From positions 7,626,001 to 7,690,000 of the forward strand of contig NC_092673.1 in NCBI RefSeq assembly GCF_964355755.1: a stretch of 64,000 nt of DNA. Direction: 5' to 3'. The position numbers were made by a program, and so were the translations under genes. Positions within the stretch are counted from its first letter, which is position 1; each line of letters opens with the position of its first letter. The notes under the pieces are model-generated. The model saw only the letters and a program-made list of their open reading frames with translations, made no database searches and had not been told where the DNA came from. Positions 37,301 through 50,569 of the stretch are shown piece after piece. The DNA is from Antedon mediterranea (lineage: Eukaryota > Animalia > Echinodermata).

Positions 37301-40300
37301 TGTGTATAAATACACTTACTAATTTAAATATACATGAATAGAAATTAACACATTACAAAGCCAAAACACTTAGGGATCAAGAGAAAATCCAGAGTTGCAC
37401 CTGTTAAGACAAATCTCATTATCATATTCCCAGGTGCCTTAATATTCCATGCCCCATAACATGGTTAATGAAATTGGTTACCATTAGACTCCTGTTGCAT
37501 CTTATAAAGTATCTCATCAATCCAATTTAAAAAGCGCCTAGTTAATACATCCCTTAAGTAACGCACACTTTTAACAAACCGGTTCCACAAGACACCACTA
37601 ATAATGCCTTTGAGATAGTAATTCTCTGAAGGCTTCTTTGTTGCATACAAATAACATAGCAATCTTTTTTTAAAGAGAGAACGCAAAAAATACAAAACAC
37701 GCATTAGATATTTATCTTCAACCTTTAAACGATGCGATCAAGCGATTGCCATGCGCAGTGTATTTTATCGGATAAATTGATAAACAACAATTTCAGGTTA
37801 TTATCGACAAATATATTAATCTCATAACAATACACATATAGAAAGTTTAATCCGGTCTTTGAATTGTAAGTTAGAGATGATGTATAAATTCAGCATCAGT
37901 AAAGTGAGAGAAAATTGGTGGATCTTTTGAAGCAGCGAGTAAATTGAATGTATCGGAAATCGGCATAATGAAACAATCATTTACCTTGCAGACTGTGGCG
38001 TTCGAGTCTATTCGACGGATTAATATCTCATCCCTCAGAGGGGATGGCAAATGTACACGGATTTAGGGCTCTGGTAATTTGCTTTGAAAGCAAATTCAGC
38101 TCAAAGCTCTGGCACATTAAGCTAGAGGATGGCGAGCTGTGATAAATGGTCGCAACCGTCATTAACTGCGTCCATTCACCTAGTCGACTTGCCCGGCTGA
38201 CCCCATATACTAGCTCATAAACCTAACATACTACAGCTTCTACAGCCAAATCACTCTAGTCTCAATTTATTTCTATTGATTGAAATTTCTAGACTTTTAG
38301 TTGAGCATTGTATTATTTTTGTTTTAACCTTTACGTCAATTTTGTACACATGGCTCAATAATAATTATTGGAATGAAGTATAGACTACTAAAATATCCAA
38401 GAAGTGTATTATATTTATTGTTTTTTTTATAAGAATTATTATCTTTATCTATATACATTGCTATAATTATCATTACACTAAAAGAAATAAGCAATAAGAA
38501 AAAACTAATTGTTGTCATAAAAGAGGAATTTAAGGTTGTTTAAAAATGTTGCGGCTATTAAAGAAATTTACATTTTGTTTTAATACTTGAAGCATTGCAA
38601 TTTAAATTTTAATTATACCTTTATAGAAATATTAACATTCATTCATAACTGACAACTTCATAATTTGTGGTATTATACAGTGTGAACAGTAGTTATAGTA
38701 TTATTTAGCAACATCTTATTTTTGCTATATTATTTCTTTATTTTCATTAATCAATTGAGATTGAAAAATTTAAAAGATTACATTAATTCAATTTGTGGTG
38801 TGTTATTTGTTAATTTAATTGGACAAAAAATGATTAAAAGTACCAAATTTGTCAGTTTTTGGGAGGTTTTTTTTATGTCTTGTGAGTAGGTAGGTATCCA
38901 GGAGCCTTTAATAGTATAATCTTTTGTTTTTTAAACCCACAACATTTTTTGGAATGAAACATTTTTGACTGGCTGGATGTTCCCATGAAACGATATTCCC
39001 AAAGTATGGCCTTGTATGCTATTTAACATCTCTGCTTTTTTTTTTATGACAAAAGGTTATATTTATTTAGCTTAAATATTTTTGATTAATAGAAGATAAA
39101 ATGTTCTTGACAAGTTAACTAGATTCGTTGATCAAGCAGATTTTCTAGAATATTAAATAATATCAATATTGATATTACTACACAGGTAAATAATTTGAAA
39201 AGATAAATCAAACCGTTTTATTTAATTTTAAGTAAATTGAAATGCATATTTTTTTACATGCATTTTCTAAATCAAATGATTTGATTTGTATCTGTGTTCT
39301 TGCATACAGGTACTGTAGTACAGTTGAATATAGTTTTTAATTTCAGTATCTTCATTTCCTAATATTTATTGGTATACAGATTTTGTATACCCGTTATAAT
39401 GTATAAGAAAAGATAGTAAATTTATATGTTCAAAAAGTTAGCAATATTTCGAGCTGGTTGACATTTACAACCTTGGACGGATTTTGGAAACTGTGATAAT
39501 AAATATTAATTATATTAATTTATCAAATACAGGCAAAAAAAGGTCAAACTTAATGATAGTAAAAATAATAGGGATACCGATACAATTGGATTTCTGGAAG
39601 AAAAATTTAACAAAGAAATAAAAAGTATTGTAAAATGTTGTAATACTATAGCATCCACTAAGTTATTTACCCATGGGCAGAGTTATCACTAACTTTGGTT
39701 GGTTGGTTAGGAACCAACTTACCCTGGTAAATTAACTAAGCCTTTAAGGGGGCCTAAATACAGAGAATACACAAACCAGTATTGGTGTTAGTAGTCTATG
39801 AGTGCTAGCTTACCTGTATAAACCGACAATAGCCCATGCTCTCCAGAGGGAGGGCTCAGATACGAAAGTGAAAAGTTCCTAGAACACCCCTGTATTATAA
39901 TGGACCAGTCCGCAACCACGCCCTCATGTGGGAACGTACAGCTATACACTTCGTATATTTTGTTTTAAGCACACGAATCATGAATGTAGTAGGATTTGCA
40001 AAGAATATATCCTTTGGTTATATCTGAAAGATCACTACTGTACACACTCCTGAAGGATACCCGGCAAATTTGACAGGTCAACTCCGGCCTCTAAAGCCCC
40101 ACTAAATCCAGATGGACAGCCATTAAAAACTTGTTAAGAAATGCTCAATTAGCCAGTTTTCCAAGGAAATCCCCGAGAAATTCAAGTTTCGTAAACGCAC
40201 CCTTTGAAGCAAAAGGTCAGTTCATTCAGTAACTCGCAGTCACACGTGGAAATATTGGGGACCAATGTACATGAATGAAATGGTAAAATAATTTTAAACC

Positions 40301-40316
40301 AAGAAGATTTACATAC

Positions 40317-40507
40317 CTTGCATCCAGAAATCGGGAACGGAGAATCATAACTGCTTCACAGGTACTTTGTTTCAACTGTACTTGAATTGCGTTAAATTTT
40401 CGTTGTATAATGTTAACCATACGTTCTATTTCTTTGGGTGCTATCGGCCGCGTTCGGCTCTGTTCTCGTAACAGATTCATGACATGCGTTGTGAATTCAT
40501 TACAAGC
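40317..40507 (-). CDS. PBX: PBX exon (exon 4 equivalent): PBC-B domain
   Basis: Acceptor ATACATAG|GCT, donor GCAAG|GTATGT; 191 nt; [64 protein letters not shown]. Confidence 0.97.
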
Positions 40508-41175
40508 CTATGTATACAGTAAATATAAATATTATGATTTAATAATGAATAATAAATATTCATTTAAACCAATTCAGTCTTGAATTTAAAACTTGATTAG
40601 TATAACTATTTGGAAAAAGTGAAGTTTTAGCCAATTAAAAAAAAAAAAAGCGTTTCCCTTAATAAATAAAGCAACTACCATACACTACATTGATAATTAT
40701 ACAGGATAGAAATTGAACACAATCTGAAAATAAACATTTTTGTTAAAATTTAAAACAAAAAGATTTAAATTAAAATTGTCGTCACAAATCCTGTAGAAAG
40801 GTTTTATTGTTATTATGCATTATGATGGAGTTCAGCCATCAAGTTTTTACCAAGCCAAGGTCACCAAAGGTCATTGCAGTGCCACACACTTGAGTAGGCC
40901 TACTGTATAGTAATATTAAAAGTTGCACAAGAGGTCAATTTTATTTTCCTACCTCTTAAAACAATAATACTGTAGGACAAAGTGATTTTGGGATCTGTGA
41001 TTGAACTTCACCTTATATGGAATTGCCAAGAAACCAAGTTCAAATATACAAGAAATGAAAGTTTATGAGTTAAATGAAAATGTTCAGTTTTCATCTGATT
41101 TCAACAAATACATAACAATCATTCATTGTTTTATTTTACACACATTGTAAATTGTAAACAAAAAACAAACAATAC

Positions 41176-41426
41176 CTGTTCATATTTATCTAATTCTGTG
41201 TGATAGATTTGCCTAATCTGTGCCAGTTTTGCCCTATAATCACTGTGTTCAATTGCATTCTCTGGTTGTCCTGGTCCACCTCCAGATGCTGCCGCTGCCG
41301 CCGCTGCTGCTGCTGATCCGCCACCCTTCTCTGGACCTGCAACACCTTCTGCTATCAACATGTTGTCTAATCGCATTAGTTGTGGATCTGGTGGTTCTTC
41401 CTCTTGTGTTCCTCGAATACTTAATA
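41176..41426 (-). CDS. PBX: PBX exon (vertebrate exon 3 equivalent): PBC-A C-terminal half, poly-Ala linker, start of PBC-B
   Basis: Acceptor TTTTATTTTACAG|TA (phase 1), donor CAG|GTATT; 251 nt; (V)[49 protein letters not shown]...[24 protein letters not shown]. Confidence 0.97.
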
Positions 41427-41635
41427 CTGTAAAATAAAAAACAAAGTGCATCGTTTAACTGGTTGTTAAAATTTACTAACAGTATATCAACAATAAAATG
41501 TCTTACAGTCATTGTCAAAGTTATCTGTATGTGCCAATAGAACTGTGATTGTGAACAAATTTACTTTTTGACAGATCCATAATAATGAAAAATAAATCAC
41601 TCTCACTGGCGTCCCATTTAACACCCCCACCCCAA

Positions 41636-41828
41636 TTTTCAGTTTTCTGTAGAAAAGCTTCAGGGTACATTTAAAAGAATACAAGCATTATTTGCAACTT
41701 TTGAAAAGTCTAATTTTAAGACATTTTCAGTTTTCTGTATTTGCAGAAAATCTGGGCATGCATTTGAAAGAATACAAACATTATTTGTACATAAAGTCTG
41801 CTTTTAAAGAGATTTTTAGTTTTCTGTG
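41636..41828. repeat. Diverged ~90-bp tandem repeat (about 2.2 copies)
   Basis: TTTTCAGTTTTCTGT...CATTT(A/G)AAAGAATACAA(G/A)CATTATTTG occurs twice, with a third partial start. Confidence 0.7.
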
Positions 41829-44800
41829 TCTATAGTTTAGGAGAGACCTTTATTACTATTACTTTCTACAGATACAAACTCATTAAATTTCATAATTAAT
41901 TCATTTAACAAGTTCATTAGCAAGTAACTCGGTCTTAGTTCACTATAGATTCTAATGAAGATGGTCCTATTGCAGATTGAAGTAACAAAATCCTAATTGG
42001 CAAAACTGAAACATTTTAACGATCACCAACAATTTAGCAACACAGTTCAGGTTACAGATGATCTGATTGACCTAATCAGCGTTAAATTTGCACTACTTAT
42101 CTGAACTGCAAACTTAGAAACTCAAGAACAAAAAAAAATCCTTTTTTAAATACACTAAATAATTTGTAATAATTAAGATAAATTTTGGTTCCTTACTAAA
42201 CTTTTGTAATAATTCATTTGAAAATAAATTATTAGTTTTACAACTTTATCCTAAATAAAATCACTATTTATTTATCGAATATTTTTGCTATGGCATGGTT
42301 GATGTTCTTTACTGAACCACTTTGAAAATGATGCTTTAGAATGAATCAGTAAATAAAAAGATAGAATGAAAATACAAATTACTGTACTTTATTCTATTTG
42401 TATTCTTTACTTGACTGTCCTCTAGAATACGTACACAATAAAGTCTTGACTTATTAATTGGACACTACTGATCTCTTTGTATCAGTTTTCACAAATATTA
42501 TTTATACTATTTTTCTTATTAAAGCATTACAATTTCTATAATGTATCCTTCCAATTCTATACTGCACAGCTTTGTTCAAAAGGTCGGCATACTATTTTGT
42601 TGCTGGCAGGCTGATGATTGGCATACATACAAATTTCTTGTCACTTTTATGTGACTATTCTTTCTTTTAAATACTCCAAAAAATTAATAAGTATGAGCCT
42701 CAAAGTATTTTGTTTTGTATCATAATATAAAATCAAACTTAAAGTTCAAATTCACTATATTTTATAATATAATTTAAATGAACTCACAACGCTGAATGCT
42801 ACTGATTCTGCCATTACACTTTAATGCCTTGAAAAATAACCGTAAATGTTGTAAATCGATGCAGATTTTTAGTATAGTATGTAGTTAAGTGATGTGGAAT
42901 ACTTTAATCTAAGATTCTTCGATGTTCATCCCAGAAATTGAAACAATTCACTTTTCCCCCTTTCAAAATTCCATAATAAAAAATGATTTATTTCATAGTG
43001 TATATAAAATTTTCAACCTAAACTAAAGGTTTTGCCCTAAAAAGTACCCTCTACTCATTTCGTTACAGGGCCATAAATAATGTGGTAAACATGACAGAAA
43101 AAATGTTACTGCTCATAATTTTCTACGCCAATTACAACACAGAGTTTAAGTCGGAAAATCTCAACAAAATTGTTGCTCTGGGTTGCCTATTCCCTGTTCC
43201 ATATGTAGTGTGGCACATGCAATCCAACTGGTAATCTCCTAGATGATCCAGTTAATCCCGGCAATATGATCGTACTGTTTAAACGTAGCAATTGAAAAAG
43301 CTGTACTAGAGTTTTTAAGATAGAGAGCCCCCTTGTGGTCACCCTATAGGGAAAAAGGTAAGGTTAATAACATGGCTGTGAGCCAGCACACTGTGACTCA
43401 TTTATCTTCTAAACCACAAGGAAGATAAACTGAACGCCTTGATGAAAAGAGTCACCAACACACAATGATTTATACCAATAAACAACTCAATTTAGAAATT
43501 ATAGTAGAAATGATATTTATACAGGATTTTTTATTACTGTATTGTTTCACTTAAATTCTATCAACTTGTACATGTTATTGTTTAAATATACTGTAGTCTT
43601 GAAGATCTATTTCAATTTTACAACATAACTTACAAAGGAACTATATGTTTAAAATGTACAGCTTGTATTATAAAATGTGTATAATTAAACAAAAATTATT
43701 AAAAATATATTCTACTTGCCAAAATGCTTTGTACTGTATTCATTTCTCAGTAATATAATGATACTGCACTGTACAGTACTTTATTAATGAAGACAAAATA
43801 TTAACTGTTTATAATTGATTAGTAAACCTTTCTAAGAAACAAGAATGATCTATTTTAAAACTTTTTATAGCTTATCTAATTTACCATAAAATGAACCAGA
43901 ACTGTAAATTCTTTGCCACTTTAGCCTACTTTACCAGAAATAAGTGTCTACTAACAGAGTAGGCCTGACAACCAACGATTTACAACCTAGCTAGGTTTAC
44001 CTGACAGCTTGGCCTAGCCAAGTTGACAGCTAGACATTCTGAAAAGAAATTCAAAAGCTATAGTATAGTGAAGGTACTGTATTGAACATACAAACCAATC
44101 AAGTATACACAAACACACACTGCTCTAGGCCAGTTCCTGGCTAACCCTACATATTCTGATTTGACCCAACTATGTCACTTGGCCTACATTTACAATCACA
44201 TGATTAAGACATTCCCTAGCTCACATTTCTCCTAGTTGAATTTTTTTCTCAATCTCCACTATAGAATTCAATCACTCTAGGCTAGTGAACTAAATAACAA
44301 AACATGAAAAAATGTCACCCTGCGATAATCAACCCATTAGAAATATGCCGTTGAGAAAATTGCCCAACAAGATAAAAATTTCTCAATCATCATTACCGTC
44401 GGTAAATCGGAATAATTATCGCAATTCGTCCATTTTTTTTGTAACGACCCGCTCTATATTTGAAATGAAATCAACGATACTTACACTTAATTACTGTGCA
44501 CAAAAGGCAATTCATACGAACACAAAGTTTGGGTCTATATCAATAACGTGCTATGTATGCTATGTAGAAAAATATCTAGGTAGTTAGGAGATATTAAAGA
44601 TAAAATTGCACAGGCACATATGTACCGTGTTCATTGTAGATATACATAGTTTTTTAATCTAATATTTTTTCTGAAATCTTTGGTGTAGTAAAAATATTTT
44701 ATCAAATGATCATTAAACATCAAGAAAAACAAAAAGCATCAGTTTAGTATTTTAATAAATATTGTTTTTCTTTGTTGATAAAAGAAAAACTAAATAATAA

Positions 44801-47800
44801 ATATAACAAATAAATAATTCTCTTTTTAATTATATTCTATTTTAAAATTTTACAATAAATTATAAATTTGAATTGAGCAAAATTTAATCATTTAGTTAGA
44901 CCTAGAATAAAAAATGGTTATCACAAACCAATAGAAATAATAATACTACTACATTAATTATTTATGCATGAAATACATTCTTATTTAAGATTTTTTACTG
45001 AATTTTCTGTAAAATGTTTTTTTTTTTATTAAATCTTATTACAGTATCTCTATTAATCATCCTTATTTTATTAGTGTATTTAATATTCAATAATTTTACA
45101 ACCACCATTAATCATTGGATAATAATACAACAATAGGAATGATTTATAAAATAATTATAAAATCATTTAGCAATACTTTAAAATCATTATCTGCCATCAA
45201 TCATATCTATCATCATTTTTATCTACTGGCAGACACGACATCTAACTTCCACTTTCCGCTTCAGCGACTCAACACCTAGTCAACACTTTTCCTCACAGAA
45301 CTGAGCTGTGTATGAATATCAACAACTCGCTGAATACTCACTGGGTAAAGCATCAGGCTATGATGTTAGTTACCTAAACTAGAAAATGAGAATTTACGAG
45401 CCTGCAGACGTAAAATCCTAAGCAATCTGCTGGAACAAAGACGAAGTAAATTGTAAATTTGCTGTAGTTGAGGTGTAAGCATTATAACCAAACACATTCT
45501 TCCCCAAGGACAAATGGGTGAAGATCACAAATAATAATTTAAATATCCATTCAGATTTACTTACAGTCTGACTCTTTTACGATTTATATTTGCGACTTTA
45601 AACAATTGCTGTTTCATTACTAAATTACAGAATTTTTATCCAATAGTTTTATGAATACTATGGTTAATTTTTTGTACATTACACGATTCCTTGTGTATTG
45701 AAAATTGTTTGCTAATATGAACATGAAATTTAGTATGCATTGCACAGAGTAATCAGTAATAAAATGAGCAATCACTCGCACATTTATTATATATTACTAT
45801 ATGATGGTAGATACTAGTCTTCTCAATATTGTCTTTTTATGACCCTTTGAAATAATGAAAGGAAATGGCAAAAATGTTATGACTCTCGGCTTTCATTACC
45901 AAATTCATGTACGTCTTTAAATGTGTGATAACGTATACAACAACTAATGAAAACTGACATGCTATGCTGGGGGAAAAAGACGTGACAGGGCAATTGTAGC
46001 AAATCTAATAGAATATCCTCACATTTTAGAGATTATTGAAACATCTCATGTAAACACGATACTAATGCATCAAAATGTTAACGAATGGATATTATAAACA
46101 CTTAAATAAGTATGTATAAATGAATTGTATTATATTTAATATCTTTGCTAGTTTGTAATCAATATGGTTAACATGCCTATTCATTTATAAGTGTGCTTGA
46201 TTCAACGTGTCATTTTTGATGTATTCAAACTGATGGAGTCAAGACGTGAAAACATCAACTCCTGGCTAATATCAAAACAGTTTTACAAATATTGATTTTT
46301 TTTTCTTCACTCTTTTAAAATCTCAAGGTTAATGTAGACGAGTGTAGGTATTTAACATCGCTATTCAAAATGTGTACATTCATACGAATGACAAATTAAT
46401 TCTATAATGTTCTTTTCTGTGCTACTATGTAATTCTATCATGCAGCTTTGGTATAGAGTAACAAAGGATCACATGTTCCAATAGCCTTAACTGATTTTTC
46501 ATTTCATCGTTAATAAATTCACTTTCCTAGCTGAAAAAATGTTAGTAGTAGTTAGGTAACTCCCTCGAGAATTTCAATGCGGGAATTTGTCCATTATGAA
46601 ACATGCTCGTATTCAAAGATTAGACAATGCGACAATTTGTATTGCGATTTGTATATTTTTCTAGTGAATTGCTTTTTACACAAAAGGAGAGACTGAACCT
46701 TACAACAGTCAATACAGCGTAAAATATCAATCTCAAAATCAAATATCAAATCAAGAGAAAACAAATTTTGTCAAACCTTTAAAGAAATAAATCAATTGAT
46801 AAATTGACAGTTTATTTATTTAAGTCAAAAGAATTTAATTCAACCTTTGTACTTGAGAAATCAATTAATACAAAATACCAAACATTATATTTTGATTTTA
46901 AATTGATCAAGAATTTAATTAATGACTCTTAAATCAATTTCTAAAATGAACAATCAATTACTATCATTTACAACTAGATTATAAAGCTGTAACTGTTATT
47001 TAATATTACTGTATATACCAAGGTTATTATAAGTGAATCATTAAAGAGATACAGTAAGAATAATTTTTAGAAATCAATAGAGTAAAAAATACTGTATATT
47101 GAAAAACATAAAAAATAATATACTGTATACTGTATTATTATTAAATTGAGTGTGATGTAATGTATTCAAATTATTCATTTTATTATTGTTATTTCTGATA
47201 AACAATAATACCAAAAATAAGTAAATATGAATTAATAGACGCTTACTATATAACTTTACAATAAAATTTAATGACAAATAGTATTTCCTGTCACCCATTG
47301 CTGTTTGTTATTTTTGTATAATTCGATCACTTGATCTTGAAAATTTTTCCATGATGGTTCTGAAACGTCGATCTTCTTGTTTTTTGTCATTAAATATTAT
47401 TATAAGTAAATATAATAATAATAATAATAATATTATATATTTAATTTTTTTAAATATCTGTGATACAAACAACACAAATTGAAACACATTGTTTTTGATA
47501 ATAAATAAAAAAATATTCAATGTGTAAAAAACTATAACAAATTACTGTACTCTACCTATTTGAAAAGTCACCGATATGATCTGTGCTGTTTTTTTAACCA
47601 TTCAAATTACTTATTCATGTATTATGATAAGTAATTTATAGCATATACCGTTTAACCTAATTGCTCGGAAGGATAACACAAGATTTCTTCATAAATGGCC
47701 GAGCAGTTAGACCCTTTATATTGATTAACTTATCAAATTTAACAATAAATCACGCCAATATATATCTTTAAATTGGTAAGTAACTCTCAAATGACATGGA

Positions 47801-49480
47801 GAATATTGGCATACATGAAATAATATTGTTTTAAAATTACTTCTAGCATCTCACAATCACAATTAATTTACACTTTGGAAATATTAGCTTTGTGTGATAT
47901 TTAAAGAATTTTTATAACCTTTCTGTATGATTGGCAGTCAATAACTAAAACGATAAAATTATCAACATTATTGTTTGTACCTTGTTTGTTAAAAGATTTA
48001 AAGAACATTTTTTTAAAGCAACCAAATTAGGAACATCTGAAGGAAGTAAAATTACATTGAAATATTTTGTGAAAGAAGAAAATTAGTAATTGTTTGTACT
48101 GTATGTATGTAAATTTTTGAAGAAAGATTTCATTTAAAATGAAGTTAAAGAATTGTAATAAATTTCTATTTAATAAATCAGTGCTTAATGTGCATAAAAA
48201 ATATCCCAAATATTTTTTTTTTCACACATAATCTTTACTGTTTAAAAAAAGAAACATATATTGGTACATAGATTTTTTGTTAATGATTAATTTACATTAA
48301 ATAAAAGACCATCATATTATAATAAATCTGAAAATGATAAATTGTTTGCAAGAATATTAAAATAACAGTAGTTTCTAAAGGTTTTTATTAATATTTGAAT
48401 AATAATAATAATCTATTGATGCTAAAGTTACTGTCGCCAGTCCTGTCGTTATGAGGTCATTGGACATTTTTTTGTTAATGGTAAAGTTCACTAAAAGGTC
48501 ATTATCTTTCATCTCATTTGGATGCTTATGACTTGAAAGAGAGAGAAAGTGTAACTGCTCTTAAGTACTACACATGTTCAGCTAAAGAATTTTAACTGTT
48601 TTACCAATTTTTAGCGCATGGTATGCCATGCATGGTGTATATGTGGATATTAAAGCCTTAATAATGTTTATGATAGCGAAATCAATAATGGAAATATACA
48701 ATATTTTGCAACAGCGTTTGAATTGTAAGATCGGCAGGTGAACAAATGGAACTATTAAATTTTAAAAACACAATAAATTAATTTCTTAAGAAATTTTGTA
48801 ACAAACATTGTCAAGATTCAGATGTTACTTTCAATATATAATTTCAGAATAATCAAGTTCAGGCTCTATCGAACTGTGAGTGTGATGCATTTATTGATAA
48901 CTTCTTTTAACATGATAGTTATGTTCACATTGACGCAGGATTCTAATCATGAAAAATGGTTGTAGTGTTTAAGAATAGAACTGTGTTATTTCGGATTGCA
49001 CACAAAAGGTATGGACATATGTCCAATCTAAAAAGGTAATGTAATTTCTGGTTGTCTACACCGGGGCAAGATTTATGTCATATCATCTATTTCACCTGAC
49101 AAACATTTATTTTGATAATGACCATGATTTTGACAAAACTTCAATTTTCAAATATTTTAAGATAATTTTGTAAAATCGTATTTAAACTTTAAAGAATCAC
49201 AGTAACAATACCAGACTTCAGTCAAGACCAGTTCAAACATTGAATTGCGAGCAGCCAACCATGTCAAACCGTTAAAGTACGCCCATGTCAAATTATCCTT
49301 CACATGTAACATAGCTAATCATCTCTCCACTATCATCAACTATAATTGGCAATTATCAAACAAAAGAAAATCATTCACACTGTATTAAAATTCTCAATAG
49401 AAACACCAACATGACATTTTATAAACAATACAAAATGACTTTGTATCATCAACATGATTGGTACAGTACACCACTACTAT

Positions 49481-50569
49481 GGCCCTGTTCAGACCCATGG
49501 CGTTAGACCGTTTTAGCGTACAACGTTACTATCAAGGTCACGTTACAAACCGCAGAGAAAAAAACGAGGTGTTCAGACCCATAGCGTACGATGATCGTTA
49601 CAACGGAAGTACGTCACCCAGGTTGTTTCTAGTTGCATATTCATGTGCTCTTACCCACGTGTTTTCATCATTATTTCCACTGTATATAGGCCTAGATCTC
49701 AGCCCTACAATTATGACAAAATTTGCCGTAAATAAAACATACCTCAGCATTTATTTAAGAAAAATATAGTAAAGCCAAATTTCTGTTTCTATTGTTTTTA
49801 TTTTGTAGTAAAAAACATTTTCCCCAGGCTCTTGTGTTACGAAAATAAAGCAGGCCTCGTAATGATGAAGAGAAAAAATGATTGTGATTAGTCTATCCAG
49901 TCCAGTCAAAGATATATATTCTTTGGTCCAGTCGGTTGAAAATAACCCTTAACTTGCTAATAAAAGGGACACAGCTCCCCTTGTTTGTTTACTGATTTTT
50001 TTAGGAGTTAGGGGGTTTTCAGCATTAAACTTGTCCAGTCTAGTCTGCCTTAAGTGACTTGATGTCCCACGCTAGTTTTTAGCTTGAATGAAATGCGTAA
50101 ATGGCTCTAGGCCTAGCTAGGCCTAAAAGCGGATGGGATCGTAGTCCCTATGTTTAAACATGGAGCTATAACTTATAGCTCCATGGTTTAAATACAAGGT
50201 GCATGTATTTATGTCATTTGTTAGAAAATATAATGGTAATCAGTTGATAATAGTTTGTAGCCTTTGTAACAGTTGTATTTGTAGTGTAGTTAGGCCTTAT
50301 TTATTCTGGCCTTTTTGTTATTGAAATCCATCTCACACATTGACGATACAAGATGTCAGCCTAGGTCAAACCTTGTTTCGCGTCATACCAGGAAACGTTC
50401 TGATTGGATACAACGTTGACTTACAGTAGCGTCGTACGCTAAAACGGTACTATCAACCGTTTTCCACTACAACGCTACAACCGTTGTACAACGCGTTGTA
50501 CTGTTCAGACACACATTCTTTTAGCGTCGTACGCTAAAACGGTCTAACGCCATGGGTCTGAACAGGGCC
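49481..50569. mobile_element. PIF/Harbinger-like non-autonomous element, 1089 bp
   Basis: 41-bp perfect TIR GGCCCTGTTCAGACCCATGGCGTTAGACCGTTTTAGCGTAC (49481-49521 / 50529-50569); TAT duplicated at 49478-49480 and 50570-50572; subterminal TIR-like repeats. Confidence 0.92.

Larger units (their letters stand above)
7570..41426 (-). other. PBX: PBX/extradenticle TALE homeobox gene, 5'-partial (spliced span of 7 coding exons)
   Basis: Joined exons give PBC-A (part), PBC-B, a TALE homeodomain ([18 protein letters not shown]) and a PBX1a-like C-terminus. All six internal introns are GT-AG with matching phases (0,2,0,1,0,0). Confidence 0.97.

Noticed and set aside
41288-41314. Poly-alanine tract as an expansion
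   Set aside because: Nine alanines at this position are the normal conserved PBX linker.
41220-41518. Alternative-frame and antisense ORFs over PBX exon 3
   Set aside because: Shadow ORFs of the GC-rich real exon.
49458-49769. 103-aa ORF across the left TIR
   Set aside because: Starts outside the element, runs through TIR repeats and has no transposase or Myb motif.
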